IMG/VR virus record: IMGVR_UViG_3300025121_000062
Coordinates: 1-56,730 of that record
Length of the DNA: 56,730 nt
Strand: one strand, 5' to 3'
Source: a virus
Taxonomy: Duplodnaviria; Caudoviricetes
Position numbers and translations under genes: made by a program. Below, one piece after another: positions 56,710 through 56,730 of the stretch. Every line of letters begins with the position of its first letter. Within the stretch, counting starts at the first letter, position 1. The notes under the pieces are model-generated. The model saw only the letters and a program-made list of their open reading frames with translations. It did no database searches and had not been told where the DNA came from.

Positions 56710-56730
56710 TACTGGTGGGCGGGCGGGCGG

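Noticed and set aside
1-56730. Prophage, integration module or alternative genetic code
   Set aside because: No integrase, att repeats or host genes. Core genes are full length under the standard code, with all three stop codons in use.

Overview
The window is most of a ~57 kb dsDNA tailed-phage genome. It looks podovirus-like: no tape measure or sheath, an N4-gp56-family major capsid protein, and very large ejected internal proteins. The embedded Rz/Rz1 spanins point to a Gram-negative host. Two convergent arms meet at ~20.4-20.55 kb. The + arm (1-20374) carries replication and nucleotide metabolism: divergent family A DNA polymerase, dNMP kinase, phosphoesterases, PD-(D/E)XK exonuclease, RNA ligase, Nudix, VRR-NUC, TraR-like protein, SNF2 helicase, radical SAM, SSB-like protein, primase-helicase and an N6/N4 DNA methyltransferase. 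The - arm (56653 to 20558) carries packaging, head, tail, ejectosome, fibre and lysis genes. No integrase, repressor, tRNA, CRISPR array or reverse transcriptase was seen. The most unusual observations are: (1) a DNA methyltransferase fractured into two genes by an HNH endonuclease, each half with an extra peptide at the break; (2) a fibre locus in which one beta-module appears split between genes twice, wrapped around a glycosyltransferase and a Ser/Thr-rich repeat protein; (3) a polymerase with several altered active-site motifs and a DnaJ-type zinc-finger insert; (4) a structured intergenic element at the arm junction; (5) a recurring GATAYAATA late-promoter motif. All functional calls come from recognising motifs by eye; no searches were run.
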